Part shown: positions 1-10,846 of the stretch, one piece after another
Layout: each line of letters starts with the position of its first letter
Position numbering within the stretch: position 1 is the first letter of the stretch
NCBI RefSeq assembly: GCF_004010195.1
Contig: NC_057711.1
Span: 83,187,568-83,249,847, forward strand
Source: Chiloscyllium plagiosum
Lineage: Eukaryota
Reading direction: 5' to 3'
DNA length: 62,280 bases
The notes under the pieces: generated by a model
Seen by the model: the letters and a program-made list of their open reading frames with translations, nothing else
Told to the model about the DNA's origin: nothing
Database searches by the model: none
Program-made: the position numbers and the translations under genes

Positions 1-1073
1 CTGAACCTGTTGTCACATACCAGTACTTTCAACTTGGATCAATGCCATTAAGGGTGTCAAGGTGCAGAGTGGTATCTGTGAAGCTGGTCCTCAGACTTCA
101 TGCCCTTTGCATCTCTTTACTAGTGCTTCCATGAATCAACTGTGACAGACAATCAAGAGAATGCCCACTTGAAATTCATGGCACCTGCCTCTTTTTTGAC
201 AGTGGTTAATACATTTGAAATGTATTTGTTTGTATGGTTCAGTCCTTTTAAATGGGTATTTTCAATTTGACCAGGGCAGGTTGATAAGATGTGCATTCAC
301 CTCCTCCTTCAGAATAAACATGAATCCATCATTGCCGTTTTGATGCTGGGTCACTTGTTCTGCATTTCTAACAGTTTTACATTTTCTTTCTCGCACCAAC
401 ATTATTTTTGGTATAGGTCTTTAAGCATAACATTCAAAAGCATTGTACCAATACAATTAGAACATCCAAAATTTAGTTAGCTGGCTTATTGATTTGAAAA
501 CCTATTCTAAGGGCACAAACACTAAAAGGAGACCTTTATAAAAGTGAATACAGCTCTGTACCTGTACCACTTTACTGAAGGAGAAAATCATTGGCTGATG
601 GTGAATAATCCTACAATCTGTTAGTTCAGACCCCTTTTTCTATAAATCAACTGCAGAATTACTGTCATGGGCATTAAACCAGTTTTCCTAGATTTTTTAA
701 ACTACTCAGATGCATGCATTTGAAACAATTTTATTACACTTCATAGTGTGATAATATTCTAGTAATTATGCTACAATTTTAATATTTTCAGTATTAATAA
801 TGCCTCTGAAATGAATTATTTCCTACATATAGTTTCAGTAGTTGCTGGAGTGAGCCTAATATGAGACAAGGTAAGCAATGTATGGCGAGGTTATAACATT
901 TGTCACAGAGTCCTTCACTGTCAATCAATCTGTAACATTGCACTTATAGGCTACATCATAGCACCACATTGCAGGTTGTACTATCCATGTGGATCATTAC
1001 TCTCACAAGCTATGAATACAGGCCCAGATCTTCCATTCAGGATTTCCAACACCAGTTAGACAAATACGACAAA

Positions 1074-1202
1074 TAAAGAACCGTGGATGCCAGAGATCTG
1101 AAATAAAAACCTAAATTGCTTGTAAACCTCAGCAAGTCTGGCAGCATCTGTGGGAAGAAAGCAGAATTAAAATTTTGAGTCCAATGACTCATCATCAGAA
1201 CT
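1074..1202 (-). mobile_element. Old Penelope-derived short repeat (family D, one arm) with a decayed hammerhead motif
   Basis: The minus strand reads agtt-ctgatga-t-gagtc-attg-gactc-aaaa. Flanks match the copies at 13726, 47137, 50483 and 51160. Confidence 0.65.
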
Positions 1203-2304
1203 CAAAGTTGATATTAAAACTCCAAGTGAAGCCTGAGCATCCTCAAATAATTTGTGGATTCTTTGTTATTTATTCCATAACAATCTTGATGCTCATGAAA
1301 GATAGACATAAGGACATCTAGAGCACTGGAGTGCAATATATTCTTGAAGATCATTCAGTCATTCTCAATGCAGTGAGTGTTCATTTTCACTATACACAGA
1401 TGACTCTTATGTTTCTCGGAGAGAGGATATCTCATAGCTCCTTATCTGAGCGAGAGAATTTGAGATGTTTCTGGGCCTTCATTTCCTGTGGGTTTCTAGG
1501 GAATAGAAATTTATATTTAAATTGAAATGATAACATAATGGTCACTGTCAGTGCCACACATGGCTTTTGTTACATGTACATTCTGCCTCTCCCTTTGCCA
1601 AGTAATAACATAATTGATTAGGTGCTAATGTCTACAGAGGGGATGTATCCAAGATGCTTTGTTGTAATTAGGGAAGTGGAAAACTGTGCTGGTAATTACC
1701 TGCTCATTCCCACACAATAGAGTCAGAGAGATGTATTTCTGCAAGAGGTATCATTGCTGTTGCCTTGTGGCTAATCCTATCTTTTCCTGTGACCCCCTTC
1801 TTATGGCTGGTGATCTCTCATGTTGAAGTTGTGAAGAATGACTAACTTGTCTGAGTTTACCAATCAAGGAGAGAGGCCACCATAAAATTATTCTTAGCTT
1901 CATCAGGGTTGGTTATGGCAGGGGTGTATACATTGATGAGATTTGCCTGCTTGTGCTGTGCAGGGGGGAGTTTCAACTTCATCACATGATCAATAAGACT
2001 CTTCTGCTTATATTTTTTGCCACTTCCTGTCACATTTTGATGGCTGTGCACTACCCTGAACCTCTGGTCTCTTGTTTCTTTTGATTTCTTAAGACTTCCT
2101 TTTAATAGAACCCCCTTCTTCCAATTAATTAATCTGAAACATTATCTGCAACTGTAGTTTTATGATTCAGAGCTTTGAATAAAGTATGGAACATATAAGG
2201 ACCCGTGGCTTTGCTAGAATTGTAGGCTTCCCAATGGTGCAGGGTATCATTACTTTACAAGTGCAGCATGTTAATTGTACCCTCTTTTTATTATAAATGA
2301 CTAT

Positions 2305-2646
2305 TAAAACTATCCAGATTATTAATCCAGAAACCCAGGATAATGTTCTTGGGATCTGGATTCAGGTCTCGTCGTGGCAGATGTTGGAATTTGATGCCAA
2401 TAAAAAAAATCTGGAATTAAAGAATCTATGGATGACTATGAAATCATTGTCAGTTGTCATAAAAAAACCATCTAGTTTACTAATGTCCTTTAGGGAAGGA
2501 AACTGCTACCCTTACCTGGTCTGGCCTACATGTGACACCAGATCCACAGCAATGTGGTTGACTTGTAATGGCCCTCTGGGAAATTAGGAGGTCTATATAT
2601 ACTGCTGAGTCAGTGATGTCCTCATCTTGTGGATGAACATAAAAAA
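2305..2646 (+). mobile_element. Degenerate SINE or LINE-tail repeat
   Basis: Its 3' end (ggaaattagg...gtgatgtcctcatc...gaacataaaaaa) resembles the LINE 3' ends near 36480-36540 and 53290-53345. Confidence 0.5.
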
Positions 2647-3488
2647 GTGACTCTCGTAATGTCTAACAAATGTGTGACCATATGCAACGAATCATGCAAA
2701 TCAATATTTAGTACCTTAGTATTGCTCCCTGTCCTAGGTATATTTGAGCCATCAAAACAAACGAAAGAGTGATTGTTGAGTGATAAGGGCTTCCTAATTA
2801 TGGCATAGTTGATGACTTAGATGCACAACCCAAGCTCACATGCACTACATTCAAACAGTAATAGCTGTGGTGCTGTGATACAGCATACCAGTGGTGTACT
2901 GAAATACTATTTCCATTCCTGGAATTGCTTTGTAGGAATTCTGCAGAAATCATCAGAGTAGGTGTCACATTTTATTATGTGTGCTGTTATTTGTATTTTT
3001 AAAATGTGTGAGTTCTTTGGGGTTTTCTGAAGTCCTAATGTATGCAAGAGTAACTACCTTCTGTTTAACAGGAAGGGTCTTTTGCAGTTATCAAGGTGCA
3101 GTTTATTGTATACCTACAATCATTTATGGATTATAAGAATAAACTCGATATTAATACTATATTGTTGGGAAGACCTAGTCTTAGATTCATCTCCCATGAG
3201 ATTCCTGTTTTGCTTAACCGCAAAGTCCACCTGACACCGTCACAGTGGGTGGTACTTATTATATTTAATCAAGTAGTAACCCTTTCAGACCCATATTTTG
3301 AAACTCCCCAAGCATTTTTCTGTAATTATTGTTATACATTTGTTTATATAGTTTAATTTACCACTGACCCATCTACCACACCAAACCGTTGATTGGAAAA
3401 TTCAGGTTAACTGGATGCTTAACTATCCTCCCTGAATATGTTCTCTTTGGACTTAGAAAATTGATAGTTTGTTGGGCTGAAAGCAGTT

Positions 3489-3807
3489 GGGGTGCATGGT
3501 GGTTCAGTGGGTAATACTGCTGCCTCACAGTGACAAGGACCTGGGTTTGATTCCTACATTGGGTGACTGTCTGTGTGGAGTTTGCATATTCTCCCTATGT
3601 CTGTTTGGGTACTCTGGTTTCCTCTCACAATCCAAAAATGTGCTGGTCAGGTGAATTGGCCATGCTAAATTGCCCATAGTGTTCAGTGCATTAGTCAGTG
3701 ATAAATATAGAGTAGGGGAATGGGTCTGGGTGGGTTACTGTTTGGAGGGTTGGTGTGGACTTGTTGGGATGAAGCGCCTGTTTCCATACTGTAGGGAACC
3801 TAATCTA
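3489..3807 (+). mobile_element. tRNA-derived SINE (HE1/V-SINE type)
   Basis: A-box/B-box head (tggttcagtgg; gggtttgattcc), central ctgtgtggagtttgca domain and cctgtttcca...taatcta tail. Homologous to the copies at 6694 and 29502. Confidence 0.85.
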
Positions 3808-3879
3808 GTTGCTTTAAGCTGTCATCCTGTGGTCCTATGTTCTCTTCTGAACTGGAGGACTTTTCATCTGTTGTATTTC

Positions 3880-6374
3880 TGTTGAGAAGGATGTTATCTC
3901 TTCTTGAGCAAGTACTTTTTTCTTTGCAGTATCATAAATCTTTAAATATTGACATCTTAATTCTGTCTTCTTGAAATTGGGTGTATTGCATCTTCATTTT
4001 GCATCGATGGGTTTTATTCTCAATCTGCATGTAGATATGTGCTGAAATTAAAAACGTATTACTTCAACTTGTTGATTGGTTTGGACTTTCTTGTTCTTTC
4101 TCAGTGAATGAATTACTGGTGAATCTTAATTTGTTTACCTCTTCAAATTTATTACCTGAAGATTTCCTCTTGCTTGATGCGATACTAATGGCTGTTCAGG
4201 ATTCTTCTTTGGAAGGTATTTCACTTGAACTTGAATCTTCCTAGTCATCTTGGTGCTAAGTGTGTGACTTGAACTTGCTATGACTAGTTGTTAACTGTGC
4301 TGTGCTGCAATCTGCCCCAATTAAATTCCAGATTCTCCAGTTGCTTCGAGTGAGATGCAGTGTCAGCACTGCCTCATCACTTGTCTTTCTTCTCAAAGTC
4401 TGTTAGTACTCGGAATCAGAACTTTCTTTATTTCATTAAGCCGCATTGATCCTGCTTATGAGGTTTCTTTTCTCCACAGCAATTAACAAGTACTTCTAAT
4501 GTCTAGTGTCTGCCCTACCCACGGCATTGATTAATCACTGCATCTTAGGAATTGAATGAATTCCAAAGACATCCTGTGCTCCTCCCCGTAGGACTGATCT
4601 GTGTTATTACTGGACCTCTGCTCCGCTCACCATCTAAATGGTTTTCTCTAGAATCAGGTCTTCTTTGGACTGCAATAAATCTGAGAAAGACTTGTCAGTA
4701 ATGCCTATTGCAATCAATCTAATGAAGTATGATATTAATTCACTATTGTTACATCTCGCCACGCCTGTAGAGACCATTAATAAGGTCATCTATGGATTTC
4801 TGTAGATTCCTCTAGATGCTGTATTCTTCTGTTTCAACTTATCCTTTCAACAATTTTGTTAGTTCTGAGCTTGAAGTAATTGACAAAGGCTTTCAGTACA
4901 GATAGTTCTGAGATTTGGCTATATCGTCACTGAAGAATTAAGGAACGGTATCTTGGAGAACGCTTAACTCTGTTGGCAATAACGTGATTCCAGTGGGGAT
5001 TAGTTTGTGCGCCTCATTCTGCACATGTGCGAATGTGCATGCTGGAATCCCCGTGCCATTCTGCGCATGCGCCAGTGTCCATGCATGTGCAATGTTGGCA
5101 TCGGTCTTCATGCCACCCTGCGCATGCGCGATGTCAGCGCTGAAGTATCTGTGCCGTTCTGTATGTGCATGATGTGAACTCCAGTTTTCATGCTGTCCTG
5201 TGCATGTGCCGATATCAGCAACTTTCTGTGAGAGGGGCTGCACAGAGAGCAGCTTTCTTACATTTAAAAAAAAATGCATTGTGTTAAATTTACTTTTGTT
5301 TTGTTAATAAATATGATTTCAGCCTTCATTCAGGCTGTGCTATACTTTGTGTTAGACTTTTGGGTGATTTTTGAGTGATCGTGAGTGATATTTTTTGCTG
5401 GTCTGCCCCTAACCCCACTTTTCCCATAGGCCTCCTTATTTCTATTAAGTGATCTTCTATTAAGCGAGGTATCACTGGAACACAATTATGACATTACAGG
5501 AGAAATACCCGTATGTCTTTAAATGTGTATTGTGCATCTATTATCCCTTTGGTGAGCAATGTTAACATCTGTTATACTCTTAATTGTATCCAAAAGTGTA
5601 CTTACTTGTTCAGCTTCTGATTTAGCATCTACCTTAGAAGCCATTCTATATCTCAGTAATTGTTTTCTCCAGAGCGTCCAATGTTGTATTCTTTCTGGGC
5701 CGTCTTTGAAATTAAATTTTCCTAACAATACTGTTTCTAGTGTTATGGCTTCCTAATGTGATTAGATATCTTATCTTACTTAAATATTTTTATTTTGCTA
5801 TAATGACAGTTCTCCAGCACTTTACTGCTGTTCTCCAGGATTTTCCTGCTTTTTGTGACTTTAATAGAGAATTCTGATGCTTTCGCTGCAGAAAAAGATG
5901 ACCTCCTGCCTTTTGCAACTGAAATGGAGTCACCTCAAAAATTTCAGTATTAGACTAGAATGCTCACTTCTTTAAATTGCCGAATGCTTACCTGTTTTAA
6001 ATGACTGGGCTTGTGACTTCCCCTGTTCTCTGTTCACATCTTCAAATCCCATACTGACCATCATGTTGCCTGTTCTGCTGTTTTAAGTGTGTGCATTCTT
6101 GAAGGGTTTATGTGGTCCAGTAGGTGTGAAGGGACCCACTTTCGGAGCTAATGAGTTTTGTAGAATAAACAAAATGTAGTTTATTGCATCTCTGCAACTA
6201 TTTGCAAGTTATAGGAATAGACTAAGTGGTACTACAAGAATTTTAGGAGCAATCAGCCTTAGGTCAATTTCTCATGAGGTTCCTATTTTACTCTCACCAA
6301 GTCTGCCTAGTATCTTACTGTGTGGTGCTTATTGCATGTAATCAAGTGATAAACTTTTCAGACCATGTGTTACA
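3880..6374 (-). mobile_element. Decayed Gypsy LTR retrotransposon (LTR ~6064-6374, PBS-like site, gag fragments)
   Basis: On the minus strand a TG...CA segment is followed by tgatggtcagtatgggatt, which resembles a tRNA primer site. ORF 5519..5728 is gag-like (W..W..LLRYRMAS.VD.KSEAEQVSTLL), with more gag-like frames near 4650-4890. The left boundary is approximate. Confidence 0.6.
4899..5511. mobile_element. TA-flanked non-autonomous DNA transposon (Tc1/mariner/Tigger-like) inserted in the Gypsy gag
   Basis: ta|cagatagttctg...gagaaatacccg|ta degenerate termini interrupt the gag sequence. There are internal tgcgcatgcgc repeats. Confidence 0.45.
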
Positions 6375-6693
6375 GTAGTCTACTGAAAGCTGTGAAAGCT
6401 GTCTTGAGGGGGCAGCCCTCACCACCAGTTACATGCAGAACAGCAAGCAATTGCAATAGGAAGAGGAAGAAGACAAAGTGAGGAGGAAATCTGACCCCTT
6501 ACTGTCCAGGTTGCCTATGTGAACAATGCATCTGAGTATGATACCAGTAAACACTACTGCAATCTCCCTTCCACCAACTGACCCATGTCTACTTTTCCTC
6601 GTGTCACTAACCATTGCAATGTCCATTTGTTCACAAGGGAAAAAATAAAAGCTGACACGATGAGAACGTTGGGAACATTCCAAACCAAATATA

Positions 6694-6989
6694 TTAGATT
6701 ACATTACAGTGTGGAAACTGGCCCTTGGGCCCAACAAGTCCACACCGACCCGCCGAAGCGCAACCCACCCATACCCCTATATTTACCCCTTACCTAACAC
6801 TACGGGCAATTTAGCATGGCTAATTCACCTAACCTGCACATCTTTGGACTGTGGGAGGAAACCGGAGCACCCGGAGGAAACCCATGCAGACACGGGGAGA
6901 ACATGCAAACTCCACACAGTCAGTTGCCTGAGGCGGGAATTGAACCCGGGTCTCAGGCGCTGTGAGGCAGCAGTGCTAACCACTGCGCC
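6694..6989 (-). mobile_element. tRNA-derived SINE (HE1/V-SINE type), young copy
   Basis: Reverse complement of the 29502 element, with B-box gggttcaattcc and many CpGs retained. Confidence 0.9.
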
Positions 6990-7598
6990 CAGAACATCAT
7001 GCCATATTGCATATGAAACTCAACTAATCACCCGTGTGCAGTCTCTGACTATCTGACTTCCATGTATCATATCCTGGTGTTGCTATTGAAATTCCACTTC
7101 AGTGGCTATAACATGACTGGTGAAAGTTTGCTAACTTTTAATGTGGAGACTGCAGATAGCCTTAAAGGACAGCCACGAACAGCTGTAGCTCCTAGAAGGC
7201 TTGTGTTTGAACTGTAGAATCTCGGTATGATTCTCAGCAGTCTGGGTTATCTGGCTGACAGGCCAAAAGCAAGGTACTGGTAAAGCAACATGGAGTAGTC
7301 TTCTTGAATGAGGACAGCACATTTATGGTCCAGGGAACCACAGGCATCCCTCCAGTGTGATACGTCAGCAATCTTAATAGCATGCTTGATCACATCCTGC
7401 AAAGCTCAGTGCACTATAACACCCATCTGTGATGCCTAATTGTCCCCAGTTTCCATGATAGTAGGCAGAACTTGTATGATAGTACTTCGGATCTTCAATT
7501 ACAGCACATTGCTATTGGTTGGCTTCTGCTTGTGCTTTAATGAAAGATATTTTTTGCAAGTGAATCTGGTCACTACTTGTATGCTGGAAACAATAGCC

Positions 7599-7718
7599 AA
7601 AAGGGAAAAAGTGAGGACTGCAGATGCTGGAGAAGGGCTTATGCCCGAAACGTCGATTCTCCTGCTCCTTGGATGCTGCCTGACCTGCTGCGCTTTTCCA
7701 GCAACACATTTTTGAGCT
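7599..7718. mobile_element. Collapsed Penelope-derived element (family A) with 15-bp TSD
   Basis: Direct repeat ctggaaacaatagcc at 7584-7598 and 7719-7733. An inverted tail is fused to an arm carrying gggcttatgcccgaaacgtc. Confidence 0.85.
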
Positions 7719-8421
7719 CTGGAAACAATAGCCTCCAAATTCTGTGTAAAATCCTGTCACAATTTGGTACTGAACTCCTCCATGCCCTTGACATTGACAG
7801 CAAGCTTTCTGACAGACTTCCCAACAAACTGCATATGCATCAGAATTATTCTGTCGACTGCTGCATTCATATGTTGATCTAAGCACTCTGCAGCAGAATC
7901 CATGTGCAACCTTGTTCTCTGTGAAGCTGAAAACTGCACTATTCTTGGCCCTTGTCCTGACTGTAGACTGTTTGTGTCAGGCATTTCATCAGATTGAAAC
8001 CCTGCATGTAATTTATCCTCAAAGATAATGTTGGTATTTGAGCAGATGGCTGAGTGTGAAATGAAGTGTCGCTATATTTTCATTCTGTCTGTTCCTTGCT
8101 ATTCCTTCACTGTCTGGTAAGGTTCCCCTTGTTAGATGAGATTCACGTTGTTGCTTGGTGGTCAGTGATGGTACAGAAACCACCCATGATGATATCTTGA
8201 CTACCTAATTCTGTGGAGAAAGAACCCTTCTCTTCCTTTCAACCTCCTCTACCCAGGTGCAGGGTCAGAAATTATGAGTTCCTTGGTGCTGCTTCTGGTC
8301 TAATCCATTGGCCCAACAAGGCCCCCGAGTCCAGTTCAATAACATTGTTTCTGAATTGAGCAAAGCAGGCAATCTAGAGGCTCAGTCTCTTGGCTATTGA
8401 ACTGACATATGCAATACCCCT

Positions 8422-10302
8422 TGTAGTGATTGTAACGAGGTCAGCCAGGTGAACCTCAAAGAATATGAGTTCTCTGGTTGGAGCTATTAATCTGGCCCAA
8501 TCAGGGAGCCCTGGCTGACAGATAATAGCAGAAGTGTAACATACCCTGTTCATTCTGAGAGATAGCTCTGAGTGAGCTGGATCAGTGTCAAAGATGCTCA
8601 ATATGTAAATAAAGAGCGATTTGATGACGAATACCAGCCTCTGTGGTGTTATTTCACTGGGAACCAGGGAAAAGCATGCTGCTAAGAAATTCACTCGCAA
8701 CAGTTGTCTTTGCGTTGAGGACAAACATTTCTGGCTTCATGCGGTTATTTGGAAAGCTTGACTCATTCAATCCTGCCATTGAATACGGGGCCCAGTATGT
8801 GGAAAGAATGGTTTTTTTTGGGCAAATGACATTGAGGCAGATGGAAAGCAATGAGTGGACCTGCAGCTTCTTTTGCTTATTAGCAGCCTAACTTTCCCCA
8901 GATACTAAAACCTTTTAAGAGTTGATGAATTTAGTTTTAGAATATTATAAACCCAAGCCTCCTCTAATTCTGAGATGCTATTGGTTTTACTCAGCAATTT
9001 GAGAACCAGGGGAATCTGCACTGGGATTTTTGATGAGGTTAAGATGACTGTCAGAGGCATGAGATTTTGATTTAATCCTTAAAGAGATGTTGAGAAACCA
9101 TTTAGTATATGGGATAAATGATGTAACCAAGCAAAAGCGCCTACTAGCTGAAGCCCAACAGGACTTAAAAGAAGCACTACCACTGGCTTTATCATTGGAA
9201 AATGTGGCAAGTGCAGCATGTGAGCTGTAGAGTATTCCGATGGAATGGCCACCCTCTCCAGTCCAACTGAACTTGGGGAACACCACGAATGAAGGCAATT
9301 GCATAGCTTCACTCAGGACAATCTTGAGCAGAGGAACTCGAGGTCAATCTGCAGCAAGATCCCAAAAAACATTTTGTTTCTCATTATCTGGGCCAGCAAA
9401 CCAATGCAGTTGTTGCCGGTATGCGGACTCAAGACAGAAAAAGAGTTCCACTTGATCTAAATTGAGTAAGGGAATTTTACACCGGTATCCAGGAAAGTGC
9501 ACACCCTGGAAAGTCCACCAATACGTTTAGGGACATAAATTTAAAATAATAACAGAACACAAATACCTGCTAGATTTACTGAAAGACAAGGCAGTGTTGC
9601 CCATAGCTTCAGGATGAATTCAGCGGTGGGCTCTCATACAAAATGTGTATAATTACAAGTTGGAACACCATCTGGGATACAAAGTTACAAATTCAGATGT
9701 ATTGAGTACTTCCCACTGGCAGATACACTGCCAATGGTACCACCACTGGGAGAGTCCATAATGGGTTAAATTTCCTGGACACACTTCCAGCCACAGCTAA
9801 CAATATCAGACTTTAGCCAAAGAAAGATCCAGGCCTGGCAAAACTGAAACAACTGGTGGTGATGAGGGAAACAACCAGAACTGAAACATTTTTGGGCCCA
9901 GAGAGGCCAGATCACAGTACAGGGTGGCATACTGGGAGGAGCAAGAGTGATTTTCCCAAGTAAAGGTCGTTGCCAGATACTGGCAGAACTCCAGCAGGAT
10001 TATCCAGGGGGTTCCAAAATGAAGATGTTGGCGAGAAGTTGCGTCTGGTGGGACAGTGCCCAGACTTCCAGCAAGGACAAAAATGACCATCAGCAGCTCC
10101 CTCACATTTGTGTGAATGGCTGGGTAAACCCTGAACTTGGTTCATGTCAACAATGCAGGTCCTTTTATGGGCTCAATGTTTTTGTTCATTGTGGACACCC
10201 ACTTAAAGTGGCTGGACATACATAACATTCATTCGTCAAACACAGGGACTATGCACATGTAAATAAAGGGTGACTTGGTGATGGGATACAGGCCTCTGTG
10301 GA
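8422..10302 (+). mobile_element. Internally deleted Gypsy LTR retrotransposon (5' LTR ~8422-8656, gag, RNase H and integrase remnants, partial 3' LTR ~10246-10302)
   Basis: TG...CA LTR whose 3' part (tgtaaataaag...gcctctgtgg) recurs at ~10258. Gag-like LFGKLDSFNP..E...YVERM and integrase-like LAELQQDYPG.SKMKMLARS.VWW. Multiple stops and frameshifts. Confidence 0.85.
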
Positions 10303-10777
10303 GCCCTGCCATCCCAAGAATCAGTCTGGTGAACCTTCATTGCATTTCTTCAAAGCCAGAATGTCCTTCCTCAGATAAGGAGATCAAAACATTTCGGAAT
10401 ACTCCACATATAGTGTTATCAATACCGAGGGCAGCTGCTTTAAGACAGTCCTGCTCCTGTACTTGAATCCTCTTGCAATAAAGGCAAACATAACATTTGT
10501 CTTCCACATTTCTAGCTGAGTGTTGTAAAGAGTGGTGAGGCTGGATAGCTCCTTGCTAATGCAGACACAATGGGATGAATGGCCGCCTATTCAGCTGTGA
10601 ATTTTATGATTCTATCATTCTATGTTATGTGAACTCTTGAAATAAAACGTATTGATGCTAATTTAAATAGTTGACAAAATATCATGTGACCATGTCAAAT
10701 ATTAGTTTGATAACATAAGTTCAGCATCCCTAAATGTTATAACTAAGTTTAACAACTTAGTTCAATTTCTATTTCAG

Positions 10778-10846
10778 CAACCTTGCCAATAACAGATTTT
10801 CAAGCTTGTCCTGGAAGCCTTTTCGATATTTGGAACTGACACATTT
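10778..10846 (+). CDS. ntrk2: Trk exon, last leucine-rich repeat (NLANNRFSSLSWKPFRYLELTHL)
   Basis: atttcag|C...TT|gtaagt, 69 nt, phase 2-2. Resembles the Trk LRR3 (TrkC NLSSNRLTTLSWQLF, TrkA NLSFNALESLSWK). Not in the ORF track. Confidence 0.9.

Noticed and set aside
839..876. tttcag...AAG|gtaagc exon-like signals
   Set aside because: The enclosed sequence has no Trk similarity and its length and phase do not match the missing LRR exons.
3096..3356. ORF containing SLRFISH, reminiscent of the Trk LRR2 exon SGLxFV
   Set aside because: No suitable splice sites, and the AFxxN and Leu spacing of the LRR exon are missing.
7440..7984. Stack of overlapping ORFs, and similar ORFs at 11706-12132, 27756-28028 and 38889-39131 (CCWKSAAGQAAS...)
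   Set aside because: These are incidental translations of the family A repeat and are not genes.
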